A DNA stretch of 64,000 nucleotides from Botryllus schlosseri (taxonomy: Eukaryota): contig CM119372.1 in NCBI GenBank assembly GCA_051294905.1, positions 33,048,001 to 33,112,000 on the forward strand, read 5' to 3'. This document shows, one piece after another, positions 23,548 through 36,385 of the stretch (position 1 is its first letter; every line of letters begins with the position of its first letter). Made by a program: the position numbers and the translations under genes. Under the pieces are notes generated by a model, which made no database searches, was not told the origin of the DNA, and worked only from the letters and a program-made list of their open reading frames with translations.

Positions 23548-25778
23548 CAGGGCTGTGGAGTCGGTAAATTTTACCACCGACTCCGACTCCACCCATTTTC
23601 AATATACCGTCTCCGACTCCTGAGTCTTTAAACGTACCGACTACCGACTCTGACCCCAGCATTATTACCAATTTACTTCGAAAATTATATGCCACATTGT
23701 GGGTTGAATGACTATCATACAACCATTAAACATATGCAAACATATGATTAACGGTGGCATGCTAAATTGTTTCATTGTGGCACAGCTCGAATTATCCACT
23801 ATGCAATTAACATGAAATAAAGATTTGCTAAATATCCTTCCTTTTTCAAGTTTTTATAACATGGACTCTCTAATATCCTGAAATGTATGAATCATTCAAA
23901 TATGGCAGATATCCAATCCTGTATATTAAAAATGTAGATAAAAAATCCAAGTGTAGCTCTTCAGTCAGCAACTAATAAAGAGATTGAACTTACTAACTTT
24001 GTCATTGCACACTATCCTGATTACAAGCGCACACACCCTTACTACTAATAGACATCGGTCATAAATAGAATTTAGTTAAGTAGTCAAAGACCATAGCCTA
24101 TGTCTAGTCTACATGTACTTAATCAAGTATTCAAGGATTGGGACTTGCAGTCTTTCTTAATCATTTGTTCGATCCAAACAGCTAAGCTTCACTACAAATA
24201 TTTTTAATTTTGTCAAGTGGGAAGCATCGTTTGGTCATATTTACATCATTTTTACAATTTTACAAAACCAGCCGATGCATTTGCTTTGTCATAGTATCAT
24301 GGTATAATTCCAAAAATTGCATCAATTTTGACTGCATCGCGAAAACGCATATTGCGATTTTCTTCGCCTGTGCAACGGAGTTGTAATTTGCAAGTGATGT
24401 CTAATTTTATCTTTATCAAGGGTGGACAACCTTTTCGGCCAAAGGGACACATGAGATTTACGAACCATTGCGCGGGCAACTGGAATGTTGATAACCTTTT
24501 TCTAGTCGTCCGATAGGAGCGAACCGAATTAGGTAACATTGCAAACAAGACTTATATTAATACGCTCTAAAATTGATAACAATATGTCATGCAACTGTGC
24601 AGTGCGCAATCAGGCCCTGGTCACGCGAAGCGCGAAATTTTTTTGCAAGATAATGACTGAATTATATCAATAAATATGTTGCTAACATACATTGATACCA
24701 CTGTATACCACTTGCCTCATATGGCAAGTACAGGATTATTCGACGTTTAGACATAGAAAAATCGACGGTATCAGTGAACATGCCTCTATCATTTTGTGCA
24801 AATGTTTTGTCGACGATCTCGCTGGGAGTGCACAAGCGAAGCCGCATGTTGGACGACACGTTATCTCCTAATTGCGAATATCGTTGGACTCAATTCTGTG
24901 ACGCCTATGTATTTATAATTTTCAGGAGAGAGAGAGAGATATTCTTTTTCGCCTGCACCATCATGACGCCTATGTATTTATAATTTTCAGGAGAGAGAGA
25001 GAGATATTCTTTTTCGCCTGCACCATCGAGATGCTTTGACGACGGAGTTGCGATATGGCCCCAGGAGGTCATCTAGTCCGCGCCCCCGGTTTTTTTTCTC
25101 CTCCATGCTATCCGTGATTGCTGAGCGCCTATAGCAGGATAGCTGCGGATACCAATTTTCAAATCTTTGGTATGACCGGGAATCGAACCCACGACCTACC
25201 GCTCGAGAAGCCGGACGCATAACCATTACACTATCTCGCTCGGTGGGCTCAAATATTGAATGTAAGAAATCTGGTGACAATGAATCATGCGAAGTGCCGA
25301 GAAAAATTTCAAGTCAAATAAATCTATGAAATATTATACTTTATGGTCATATACGAAGATCTGGGATAAATGTGGCTGGCCCCTGCATGGATACGTCAAT
25401 GCGTCAGAACTGTTGTTTTAGTCATCATCAAATTTCGCGGTCATGCTAATCAAATTTTGGTTGGCCTTGCAATTGTAATAAATATTTTCGAGAGTTACCT
25501 TGCAGGCCACACCTAACCTTCTCGTGTGCCAAATTTGGCCTGCGTGCCACGGGCTGGCCGCACCTGATCTGTATGGTTATTAATAATAGTGATTGGTGGT
25601 ACATAAAAATTCTATTGAAAATTCTTTGAAAGCAAATGTTTTCATGATAGAGAAATTGGAATCGTAGTCGAAGTCAGGGTCATTCTCACAAACTCCGACT
25701 CCGACTCCAGCTATTATAGTTTTCACGACTCCGACTCCATCAAGCGAAAATTACCCAGACTCCGACTCCACAGCCCTG
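23548..25778. mobile_element. hAT-type non-autonomous element with (CTCCGA)n subterminal repeats and nested SINE/MITE
   Basis: Termini CAGGGCTGTGGAGTCGG...CCGACTCCACAGCCCTG; TSD GTTGCAAA. Confidence 0.88.
24991..25242 (-). mobile_element. tRNA-derived SINE
   Basis: On the - strand: A box TAGTGTAATGG, B box GGTTCGATTCCC, (TC)n tail. Other copies at ~49075 and ~55290-55460. Confidence 0.8.
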
Positions 25779-26639
25779 GTTGCAAATGTAGCCTACTATT
25801 ATTGTGCGTTTTCTTGTTATGCAGTTGGTTGGATGAAAAATGAAGCCTCTTTTTTACGCCAGAGATGTCCGAAATCTGAATCCAATTCTGACAAGGCAAC
25901 AACGCCTTTGGGTATGACCGCAGTACGAGGCAAGCAGAAAAATTGAGAAGCAGATCTTTCCAGTAACATCATCGTCATCATCATCATCGTTGGTTTATCA
26001 GCAATTTTAATCAGGTCAATATACCACAAAAATGCGATACAATGATAAGATAGGAAGATGTCGAAGCGACTTGGAGTTTTAGTCTATGGAATCAGACACC
26101 TACCTTGGCCTAGGGCCTAGGCGATGTAAAGAGGAGGCACGCACACTGAATGAAAAGTAGAAGAAGATAGTATAGAAAAAAAGCTAGCGACAAAAATGGG
26201 GTGGCATGTCGTGGAAGGATATGCTCGTCGACTGTCGGATGGCCGGGGGATACAGTTTCACAAGTCAGGCCCGGCATATTTGATAGAGCGATGATCTTTA
26301 GGCTACGGTCAATCATGTGATATTTGGACGACGTGGACGCGCGTGAACCAAAAGGACTGCTCTAATGCTGACTGAAAACTTCGATACATATACAATACAT
26401 ATATAGCCCATCTATATGATTATTTCTCCATAGGTGCCTATGGCTGGCGCCGAATGTTCCTGTCCCGACAATCTGAACCCCACAAGACACGTCATGCCGC
26501 AGACAAAAATTATTTGCCAGTGAAAAAACACCAATTTGAAATCATGTGCGACGGGAGTCTCTTCGATTAGTGCGTTTTGGCGATTTCGATAACTTTTGAC
26601 ATAGCAGACAGGAGGTCACGAAATAACATCATGTAACGA

Positions 26640-28010
26640 AGAAAGAGAATTTTTTTATTCGTCAATCATGAAATATAGTATAGGCAATATCCACAAACAT
26701 TCATGTCCAATAGTATACATTTTTTTAAATATTTTCCTAACTATATTTTACACGGTATAGACTGGGAGACCCGATATGACCGAAGTCTTCTAGGCCGGAG
26801 TCACCCAAGCATAGGCCTATTGGCAGTATTAATGATAATATGAATCAATTTCTTCTCTCAGTCAAGTAGCACAGCAAAGAGTAACGAAATAAACAAAAGT
26901 AAATAAGAGACAGCAACACTAGTGAACGACGGTTACCATTGTTAACAGTGTGATCAGAAAATAACAATTTCACCCATGTACACAGTGGTAATATTATTGT
27001 GGCATATAAAATGAAACAAAACAACATCACTGTGGTCATGAGATATGTTCTTCTTAGTACTTGCAGTGGTGGCTTTTGGGGTGGGCGAGGTGGTCGGTCG
27101 CCCGGGGCCCCCCCTAGTCGAAGCCCCCCCCCCCCCTATTTGGATTTTGCGGTTTTTGCAAGGAGAATGACGAATAAACATGGAAATCCGTGCACCAAGC
27201 AAGAATATGATTCCGTACAGATGTGTCAATCATCATCAAATCACTGCATTTGTTAGAAAAGCCTCGTATCCCGATAATCATCACGTCTCTGCATGCGGTA
27301 GAATTACTTAGTTTTGATGTAGTCTATCCATGCACACATGCCAAATAGACATGGCCTAATCCAGCACCTGGGCAAACCTTTGCGGTGGTGAAAGATAGAT
27401 AATAATCACCGATGCGGAAGGGGGGTCTGGGGGGCGGAGCCCCCCAGAAGTTACAGATAGATACTTATAGGGGGCCCCCCCGGTAAGTCTCGCCCAGGGC
27501 CCCCCCGTTCGTAGGGCCACCACTGAGTACTTGGATAAGATAAATTTGTAATAGCGAGATTTAAACTTATGATAAGGAAGAGTACGGTAGATAGCTGGTA
27601 CGTTGTTCCAAAATTTCACACCTATATGAGATAGGGAATTTCTTGACAGTCTAGATCAGTGGTTCCCAACGTGGGCGACCTTTTTTTTTTTTTTAGTCAA
27701 CCCACGGAAATTTCGTTGCAAAAGTGCAAAATTCGACAATGAGCTGAAAAGGTTGACTTTTTTTTTTTTAGTCAACCCGCCGATGATTACAGTTTGTATA
27801 CCGATTTATTTTTCGGTACACAAAATCTGGGGGGCGATGATCGGCGTCGAGCTTGAAAAGGGGGCGATGAGTCGAAAAAGGTTGGGAACCACTGGTCTAG
27901 ATGAATTCAATTTAACAAATAGGGACTGATTCTGTGACAATCTTGTGTTATAATGGTGAATAGAATTGGAGCATTGAAAAAAGGTGTCGAAATAGTCAGG
28001 TAAAGTCATT
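26640..28010 (-). mobile_element. LINE 3' fragment interrupted by two hAT MITEs (27064-27525, TSD AGTACTTG; 27657-27894, TSD GTCTAGAT)
   Basis: Peptides LPDYFDTFFQCSNSIHHYNTR and VKFWNNVP..FKSRYYKFILSKY are typical of CR1/L2-type ORF2 C-termini; both MITEs have perfect 8-bp TSDs. Confidence 0.75.
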
Positions 28011-28895
28011 ATACCAACCGGCCTGCCCGAATACGGGCCCTACATTTTCCAGGACACAACCTCAATCAGCTGTACCGGTAGATATATGATTACGTGAGGA
28101 CTGGGCATGGGCATGCAGAGAAAGGGTAAACAAAATTATGGCAACATACATGCAATTCCCGATATTATTGACTGACTCAGTATAATGAGTATAAAAAATA
28201 TCGCTCACAAGTAGCGGTGAATACGTTATCCTGATGGGGGCCTGGGGGGCGAAGACTGCCAAAAACATCACGTACGATGCATGCACTACACAATTTCACA
28301 TGCCTATAGTATCCAGACGAAATGGATACTCGTACCAATGATGCTCGCTTAATGATGTAATGAGAGATGTAACATTAGAAACATCAACAGCAACGAATCC
28401 ACATCCCCAGGCACTCGAATCTGCCCAGCCCGAGTGGCAGCTAAATTCTCATCGCATGTGATTTGTGACGTCAGACAGAACAATAGATCAAGCGTAGCTG
28501 ATGTTTTGTTATATTCCTAAGTGTGTCATCAGTCATCATGCTCGTAGCTCGTGCACTTTGCAGTACTACATTTCAGCAAGGATTACGGTACTAATGAAAT
28601 ATTGTACTTTGCCTGAGCATCGCCGCTAACTCTGAAGCGATATGATTAGTTAAAATTTGCATCTCTAATCTCGAAGACGCTATGAACTGTGCAATGGAAA
28701 TTCATCATAGGCTGTAGGCCTGAAGAAACCGAGCACTTCTCTGACTCGACGAAGCATCTAACCTCGGCAAAGAAGTGAAAGAACTATACGTGGTGGATCT
28801 TACTGAGTTGTGGCAGTTTTCCTATGTACGGACAGCCCGCTGTGTGAAATTTTCAAGTTCAAGTCAATACAATACATAACTGGATACGGTATGTA

Positions 28896-31112
28896 ATGGA
28901 TGCTTTGTTATTATTGCTCATAGGATTCTCATTGATTAACATTACCTCGCAGTCAGCGCCCCTATCTCACAGTAATCGATCTATGATTCGAGATCTTCAG
29001 TGGTGCGCCAGTACCCTCAATTTTAACGACCTTGCTAGTCACATCAAACTAGAAAATTGTCTTTACGATGAAGACTACCAGTACGCGGACGGAACGATTT
29101 CCTATTCCCAGAAAAATTCTCCGCCGTTTTTACCAACTTCCAGCAATGTTTTAGTAAGTCCGCCACAATATGGAATGATTATTAAACCCGCACCTTCCAT
29201 TCGTGGACAAGTTTTCACTTCTGCTTGCGATGCAATGGTTCTCGTAATCGCACTCCATTCTTCTCTGCTTTTTACCAATAATGGGTTTGCTACCTATCGG
29301 AACATTACAGTTGATGATGAAGATACCGAAATTATAGATGTAGATTCACTGGTATTGACCTACGAACTGATGTTCATCGTTAGCGAAGGCAAGATTTACT
29401 CAGCAAATCACATCTTAGCCGAACAACATTTCAACTTCACTTTAACAACTGCTTCACCTGAAGGAATTAAAGGTATTTCCGGCCCACCTATTTGCTATCG
29501 CGGTCCTCAAATGAAGGAACTAAATTTTCAACTGTATGCTTGGAACGAGTCATCGATATTTCAATTTCGAAAAGGCGTACTCAAATTCCAACTTCTTGAG
29601 ATTGATGCATCTAGTAATATTACCCGCAGTATACGTTATGTCGAATTATTAGCAAATCCGGATTCCCTGACTATCACTACTTCATCTCCGGACGGTGATA
29701 CAGCAATCTCATTGTGCATTCTTCGCAAAGAGGGAGGTGATAGCGAGTGTGGAATTGTTCGCCATAACGTATCAAACGATACAAAAATGAGATCGTTAGC
29801 ATCGGCAAAATTCTACTTTCTAATGTGGAACGGACAAGAAGTTACCGCGGTTGCAAATGGGTCCTCAATAGTTAACCGTTTCAACCAGACGGTCAGAAAT
29901 GTATTTTTGTCACAGAAAAGGGATTCGTGGATTGTGGTAACCGCTAATGGTAGTATATACTACGGTTCCCTTCATTTTCCCCGTGCATCACAACTGAACA
30001 TGACTCTGCCATCTGAAGCATCCATGGTTCTCATATCTCAAGATAGCATGTTCCTGATATCGAATCAAGCACTCTCCAAAATCGATATACACGATGTAAT
30101 GTTGGCGACTAGTGCTCCTCGAGCAGGTGATGACAAGCAAGTGTTTTTTAATCCCGCAACATTAGATAATAATGTCATAATTCTTGGAGGAACCACTACG
30201 AACGCCGTGATAAATCTGAGATTAATTTCTTCCCGTTCCGACCCTAAAAAGATAACAGTTTTTCAACAGTTTGGTAATACGTCGATAGCAACTGGTGTGA
30301 AGAGAGAAATGTCATCTATTAGGAACTCATTGGATACAGTTCTTCGAGAGCTTTTAACCTCGGTCACAGTATTAGCAAATTGCAGCAGACAAATGTGCGC
30401 GTTGGGCTATGGTTTGGTAGAGTTGTCGTACATTCCCAATGAAAGTTTTATGCGAAATCAGGCTCGTTCATATCTGTATGTCATAAGCGCTTCGTGTCCG
30501 GCTGGATTGCATTTGCGCTTGGGCAATGATCAATCACAGTTCGTTGACTGTTCCTTGAACACGAGTGTCTGCGTCCGTCGAATGCATAAGAATGAACAGC
30601 TCTTTCTGAGATTTCAAATATGGCAGGATGATGAATTTATGTCCGATGTCCGGGACAACGTACTTCTAACGGAGTTGCAGCAGCGCTCGGGATTCGGCTA
30701 TCATGACTTCAACCTACTTTCGCGATTTTGCTACCAGTGCTCCAACTTTTTGGAGAGACCTAGATCTCATCAGCTTGTGTTGCAAACTTTCAGAGGAGCC
30801 TGCCCATGCCGCGCGAATGATACTAATGACAGTGGTTGGGTCGGCAATTTATCATTCCCTAACGTATACAGCACGGTCGATCGCGATATTTTACGGTTCT
30901 CCGCCAAGGCCTTGTCAGACAGTTTCTGTGACTTATTCACGGAATTTACTGTGGAACTAATATCGGAACCGGATTTAACATTTCATTATTTGGAATATGT
31001 ATTGTTGATTATTTGCGTTACCTTGACCAGTGCTCTGCTGTGCGTTTCGTACTATAACTATATCAAACGAACGAGAAACAAGCAAACACGCTTTAGCGTC
31101 ACGGAAAAATAA
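28896..31112 (+). CDS. CatSper channel auxiliary subunit, epsilon/delta-like (single-exon, type I membrane protein)
   Basis: 738-aa uninterrupted ORF with signal peptide, many N-glycosylation sequons, SCPAG.HLR and SFCDL..EF motifs, a C-terminal TM followed by VSYYNY and a basic tail, all resembling CatSper epsilon/delta C-termini. AATAAA overlaps the stop codon. Family assignment is from recall. Confidence 0.65.
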   Translation: MDALLLLLIGFSLINITSQSAPLSHSNRSMIRDLQWCASTLNFNDLASHIKLENCLYDEDYQYADGTISYSQKNSPPFLPTSSNVLVSPPQYGMIIKPAPSIRGQVFTSACDAMVLVIALHSSLLFTNNGFATYRNITVDDEDTEIIDVDSLVLTYELMFIVSEGKIYSANHILAEQHFNFTLTTASPEGIKGISGPPICYRGPQMKELNFQLYAWNESSIFQFRKGVLKFQLLEIDASSNITRSIRYVELLANPDSLTITTSSPDGDTAISLCILRKEGGDSECGIVRHNVSNDTKMRSLASAKFYFLMWNGQEVTAVANGSSIVNRFNQTVRNVFLSQKRDSWIVVTANGSIYYGSLHFPRASQLNMTLPSEASMVLISQDSMFLISNQALSKIDIHDVMLATSAPRAGDDKQVFFNPATLDNNVIILGGTTTNAVINLRLISSRSDPKKITVFQQFGNTSIATGVKREMSSIRNSLDTVLRELLTSVTVLANCSRQMCALGYGLVELSYIPNESFMRNQARSYLYVISASCPAGLHLRLGNDQSQFVDCSLNTSVCVRRMHKNEQLFLRFQIWQDDEFMSDVRDNVLLTELQQRSGFGYHDFNLLSRFCYQCSNFLERPRSHQLVLQTFRGACPCRANDTNDSGWVGNLSFPNVYSTVDRDILRFSAKALSDSFCDLFTEFTVELISEPDLTFHYLEYVLLIICVTLTSALLCVSYYNYIKRTRNKQTRFSVTEK

Positions 31113-31656
31113 AATCAGCACAGCATACACGCCGATGTGTTTTGAGTAGGTCACAATTGCCTACGATATTATGATTCAGGGCTTATAACTTATTCCTTCG
31201 TGATGGAAGTTATCGCAAGAATTCAACGGGATGATGATGCATTTTGGAGTACCGCGACTAGATGGAGTCTCCGAAAAACTTCAGTCGCGGATTGCAGTTA
31301 GGGGTTGCTGATAATAAACCCAAACTCAAGCTGACGGAAAGCGAGCCCAAGCTTGTACGACTTCATCAGTGTGTTTGATATTCGTGGTGTTTCGACGACA
31401 TTGGTCATTTTGCACTAGACCGATACTATTCATTTTTTATTCCGTATTTACCGACTTGCAGCACGGTTCACTTCTAGGCTTTTTATAAGACACCGATTAC
31501 GCGGATCACGTGGCGAGGAGGAGCCTATAGATAAACCTTAGGTAGGAATTCTGGAGTCGACCTCGGTCGGACTCGAACCCTCAATCCATTGGTGTGGTAG
31601 GCTATCTGAGGATCATACCACTAGTGCGCTGGATCTCGCCACGACTTCATCAGTAA

Positions 31657-34600
31657 CACTGGTCAACAAAATGAAGAAACAAAAATGTCAGAACATCTGG
31701 GAGCCGTTTCTGGGGTTTTCGAGGTTGCTGATTACTAATATCACATTAGATTCGCCAGATTGGCTCTTGTTCAGAAGATATTTATACCCCTAAAAAGCCC
31801 AAAATTAGGCTATATGTATATACCCTTGAATATCTCACTTGGTAGGAAGAAAATCGTAGCTTGTGCATAAATAGATAATGACTATGAAGAACCCTTATGT
31901 CGTTCTCAGTCATTCTATCAATATTAACATGACATGATGCGAAATATTTGTTTGACAAAAAAGCAGTTTGTCAAGCCTAACAATTGTACTTGTACACAAC
32001 GGAAACACATATTCTCCTGTATTGATTGGTCATCAAGGTGGGTGTCTGATTCCATAGACTACTCCAAGTCGCTTCGACACCTTCCTATCTTTCATTGTAT
32101 CGCATTTTTGTGGTGTATTGAACTGATAAAATTGCTAATAAAGCAATGATGATGATCCTACCAAGATGAAAAGGGAAAAGCGATGAAATTTGTCCTTGAA
32201 GCCTAACTACAGTACTCATATGCGTCTCATTTCTTTTGACTTGTAAATGGATAATTTTCTGCTGAGCCAACAAAGTGGGTAAACCTAGTAGGCCTATCTC
32301 TATCAAATGAGAAACTTAAATCTAGTATCTTTGATAGATTTCAGATTCGAATACGGATGAAAGATTCCAATTTCATATTAGGAAGGAGTATGGAGAAGCA
32401 TGGAATTTATCCTAAGATAATAAACAAAACTTTTTAGATGATCACAAAGCACCCAACTACAAACAGTTGGTCCGAAAATTCGTACCTGCATATGGAAAAC
32501 TTGGAAACCCTAACCAAACATGAGCATAAAAGTTCACTTCCTGTTTAGTCATCTTTATATATATTTCCCTATCATCTTGCTGATTAGTAAGGGGAGAGTT
32601 TCCACCAAGACATCAAGACTACAAATGAAAGATATCAGGGCAGATGAGATGAACATATTATGACAGACCATTGCTGGAGTCTTACGAGAAACTCCACTAA
32701 ATTGCTTAGGCGAAAAACAATTGTGGTTTAAAATAAATTAATGATGTTATTTATATTCCAACTGATTATTTCAAATTTACAATAGGTTGTTGACGTAAAA
32801 CTGATTGAAAAATGCCACGTTATTTGAGCATCTAGGTCAGGGGTGGGCAAACTACGGCCCGCGGGCCGCATGCGGCCCGCCACACCGTTCTGTGCGGCCC
32901 GCGAGAGTCTAAAGAAACTTTTTAAAAATGTTGATAAAATCCATACTAAAAATCGAATTAATGCAGGGACTTCAATAAACTTTTTCTTAGTATATTTCAC
33001 CATGATAATTCGAAGTCAGTGGGTCTAAAACTGGGGTGCTTCCCCCCCCCCTCCACTGAAAAAAAATTTTCGCGCTCCGCGCGATTATCATTCACGTCTT
33101 CATTATTGCTGTGTATTTAGTCTAAATTTCATATTGAAAAATTCCTGATCCACATTCGTAACCTTCCGTGCCATCTAACTATCTGTTAGGTTTGCTAGCA
33201 CCCTATAGTTGCGTTTTGTGATATGGCGATAAGGGTGGCGCGAAATTTTTCACCATCATAAGGGGGGGGGGGCGTGTCTCAAAAAGTTTTAGAGCCACTG
33301 TTTTAAAGTAAATACTTCCTTACTTTATGTTTAATTTCTGGCGCGACAGCCCGTATGTTTAATTTCTGGCGCGACAGCCCGATCTCAAGGCCCACCCAGT
33401 TTGAAAGGTTTCAACTATATACTAAACATCACAGAAATCCTAAACGAGATTGATGTAACTCGGATAACGAGTGGGATTTCATATTGGCCACTTCAGTTTT
33501 AATTATTTCAGTGATGTGCTTATACAAACGATTTGCGCGTGTCTTAGGTAGATTCGTTCTCTGTATGCGTAGAATTGGGGCATTTATATTTTATCCACAC
33601 ATCGTAGATGTGTGTTTGAAGCTAACATGGTTATGATGCTGTGAGTATTGTGTGTCCTGGAACTGAACCAAAAGTGGAATTAGTAAATCTATGAACAGAT
33701 CGCTGCTCATAGATTTAAATTTCAATCCTGTTCTAAGAATCGGGACAACCGATTTTCATCTATATAGTTTTGACAAATTGGTTATTGAGGTCGACCAGCC
33801 AATGAAATCTCGCCATGTTTCTGACGCGTGTACGATATCATCAAAGCAATGTTTGTTTTGTTTTGAATAGGAACATATATAATCTCCATGTCCTCACTAT
33901 ATAATCTCAATTTTATATAATGCGGCCCGCGAATGAATTTAGATGTTGAATGCGGCCCGCGAGCTCAAAAGTTTGCCCACCCCTGATCTAGGTAAATACT
34001 TAGCCTACATACATGACTGGAGTTTCTTTATGTAAATGATATCCGTGAAAGTATATAACTATAGGGTTAACCATACGTCCTCTTTTAAGAGGATTAGTCT
34101 TCTTTTTTTTACTTTTTTGAAAGTGTCCTCGGAGTATACGCCCTTTTGTCCTATTTTTTGAGATTTTGTCCTCTTTTTTGCGAATTTTGGTCAAACTACG
34201 GCAAATTCGACTGAGATGCCGTAAATCATCACTGAAGTGACGTTCCGGCAGGTATTTCGGGAGCTGAACTGGAAAGTTCACCTTTTTTAATTATTCAACC
34301 GACCACGAAGTGGGAAAAATTTACCATTTACTCAGAATTCTCCTCCGGTTTTGCAAGTCTGCAAATACTGAAAAAGTGTCCTCTTTTCAGATTTCCAAAA
34401 TATGGTAACCCTATATATAACTATGATAAATCTAATACCCCTAAATATAGTGCTTTCGCTGTATTTTGATTTAAAATGGTCTTCTGTGTTTAAAAATAAC
34501 TAGTTGATTGAATTTATAAACCTTATATTACGACCGAGCCGATTTTCTATCTAGCCGTTATAGCGAAAATGGGAGGTTTCGGTCAAAATAGCCCCATGGG

Positions 34601-34721
34601 TTATCTCTAGAACAAGAGCCAATTTGAAATAACTAAGGTCATATTCGGAATCAGTGCCCTTCAGAACCCCCAAAACCGCATTTTTACATTGTCTGCCTAA
34701 AGATATGTGTTTTGACCAGTG
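31657..34721 (+). mobile_element. Chapaev3-like (CMC) DNA transposon remnant with nested MITEs
   Basis: Termini CACTGGTCAA...TTGACCAGTG; 3-bp TSD TAA; degenerate transposase motifs at ~32420-32690 (NMSIKVHFLFSHL, FHQDIK..ERYQGR, HCWSL). Confidence 0.75.
32838..33985. mobile_element. hAT MITE
   Basis: Termini CAGGGGTGGGCAAAC...GTTTGCCCACCCCTG; TSD ATCTAGGT. Confidence 0.9.
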
Positions 34722-35479
34722 TAATCGTTCACAGGCGTCTGTCGAACACTGAATTAAGCCTGTCGCGGCAAAGTTATCTGTGCAGGACGCTTCTACCTAC
34801 GGAACCACTCAATTGAGAGACAGGGAATGGTAGGTCGAACGGCTCATTCGAGCCTGCGAAAATTGACACCCCGACCCTGATCCGGGTTTTTTTGCGAAGT
34901 GCCGAGGCCATAGCGGCGATCGTAATACGCATTGGATGTCCAGCACGACTTGTCTGAAATTTCAAATGTCAGAATTAGAGGTACTCGCTTCTTAAGTGGA
35001 GTAGAGAATGAATGTACGAAGAGCACTGAAGTATGTATAGTTTGATAAAGTAGATTTGGTCGAGGGGTCGCGTACTTTTAGCAGTGAACAAATTGTAAGA
35101 TGCGTCTTCACCGCTAACGGAACTTCAAATACGTGCCATTTTCGGAAATATATCCAGATACCGTGACGCAGGAGCTATTTCAAAAAGGACGCACACATAT
35201 TCTTTTCTACTTTACAAAATCAAAATTACAAAAAGCATGTTTCCTAGTCTTACCGAAAAATATGTAAGTATGAGTCAAGCAAAACCACTTGAGTAGCATT
35301 AGTAGGCCAAACCTACTCAAGTACTCTTAAAAAGTAGCAGGCTACTTCGTCACTGAACACGTCTGGTCAGAATTGGCTGGTTACAGCCAGGGTACAGGGC
35401 CCACCCTGAAACGGCCAGGAAACAGGTCCCACCCTGGTGGTTACTACAATTATCTCCCAAAATCAGACATAGCACTCTT

Positions 35480-36385
35480 AATGTCAAGTACTCAAAATGC
35501 CAAGTACCTTTTTGGTGTTTTACTGGATTCGGACATGTCCTGGAAGAGTCACATACAATCACTCAAACCACAACTATCGAAGGTATGTGGTCTATTTCGC
35601 CGCCTTAGCTACACTCTGCCAGTCAGCGTGCTGTTGATACTCTTCAACACTCTATTCCTATCAAAGTTACAATACGGAATTCTTTGTTGGGGTGCTGCCT
35701 GCAAGAATACAATTTACCCACTGCAAAAACTTCAACAACGGATCATCCGTATCATTGCCAAAGCCCCACGGGGGCCTGGATGTGCAACTGATAAATCGCT
35801 TCTCAAAAGATTTGGTGTTCTAAACTTAGAAGATATGAGGAAGCTAGAAATTGCCAAGTTTATGTATCAGTTGCATTGCGGTCAATGTCCCTCAAATTTC
35901 AACGACTACTTCACCTCGGAGACAAAAGCGCACAAGTACAGCACACGCGCGTCAACGAAGAACAACTACCATATGATCAGGACTGAATACAAGGAAACGC
36001 ATTGCTCTATCAAGTATGCCGGACCCCAATCGTGGAACAGCATCTCGCCGGCTATCCGACAGTCGTCGAGCATGTCCGCATTCAAGTCGAAATACAAGCA
36101 ATTTCTTCTAAATCAATACTAGCCAGTCTTCAGGATTACCGGACCACGACCTAACATCGACCTCGCCCTCCGCCACATTCCACCTCATTTTGTCGCTTGC
36201 GTCTTATATTCTCTGCATTACTTTTCATTCAGTGTGCATGCCTCTTATTTACTTCGCCTAGGCTAAGGTGGGTGTCTGATCTTTAAGGCTACTCCAAGTT
36301 GTTTCGACACCTTCCTATCTTTTCATTGTATCGCAGTCTTGTGATGTTTTGAAACGATGAAAATATTAATAAACCTGATTGATTA
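35480..36385 (+). mobile_element. 5'-truncated LINE (CR1/L2-like ORF2 C-terminus plus 3'UTR)
   Basis: KYL.GVLLDSDMSWKSHI..LQYGILCWG..LQKLQQRIIRII..WNSI; same family as 58633-62400, ~25990-26300 and ~32030-32150. Confidence 0.85.

Noticed and set aside
25170..25242. tRNA gene
   Set aside because: The A/B boxes belong to a repeated SINE head with body and (TC)n tail; no convincing cloverleaf.
31410..31640. Second SINE family (B-box-like GGTTCGAGTCC on the - strand)
   Set aside because: Single copy in the window and boundaries not definable.
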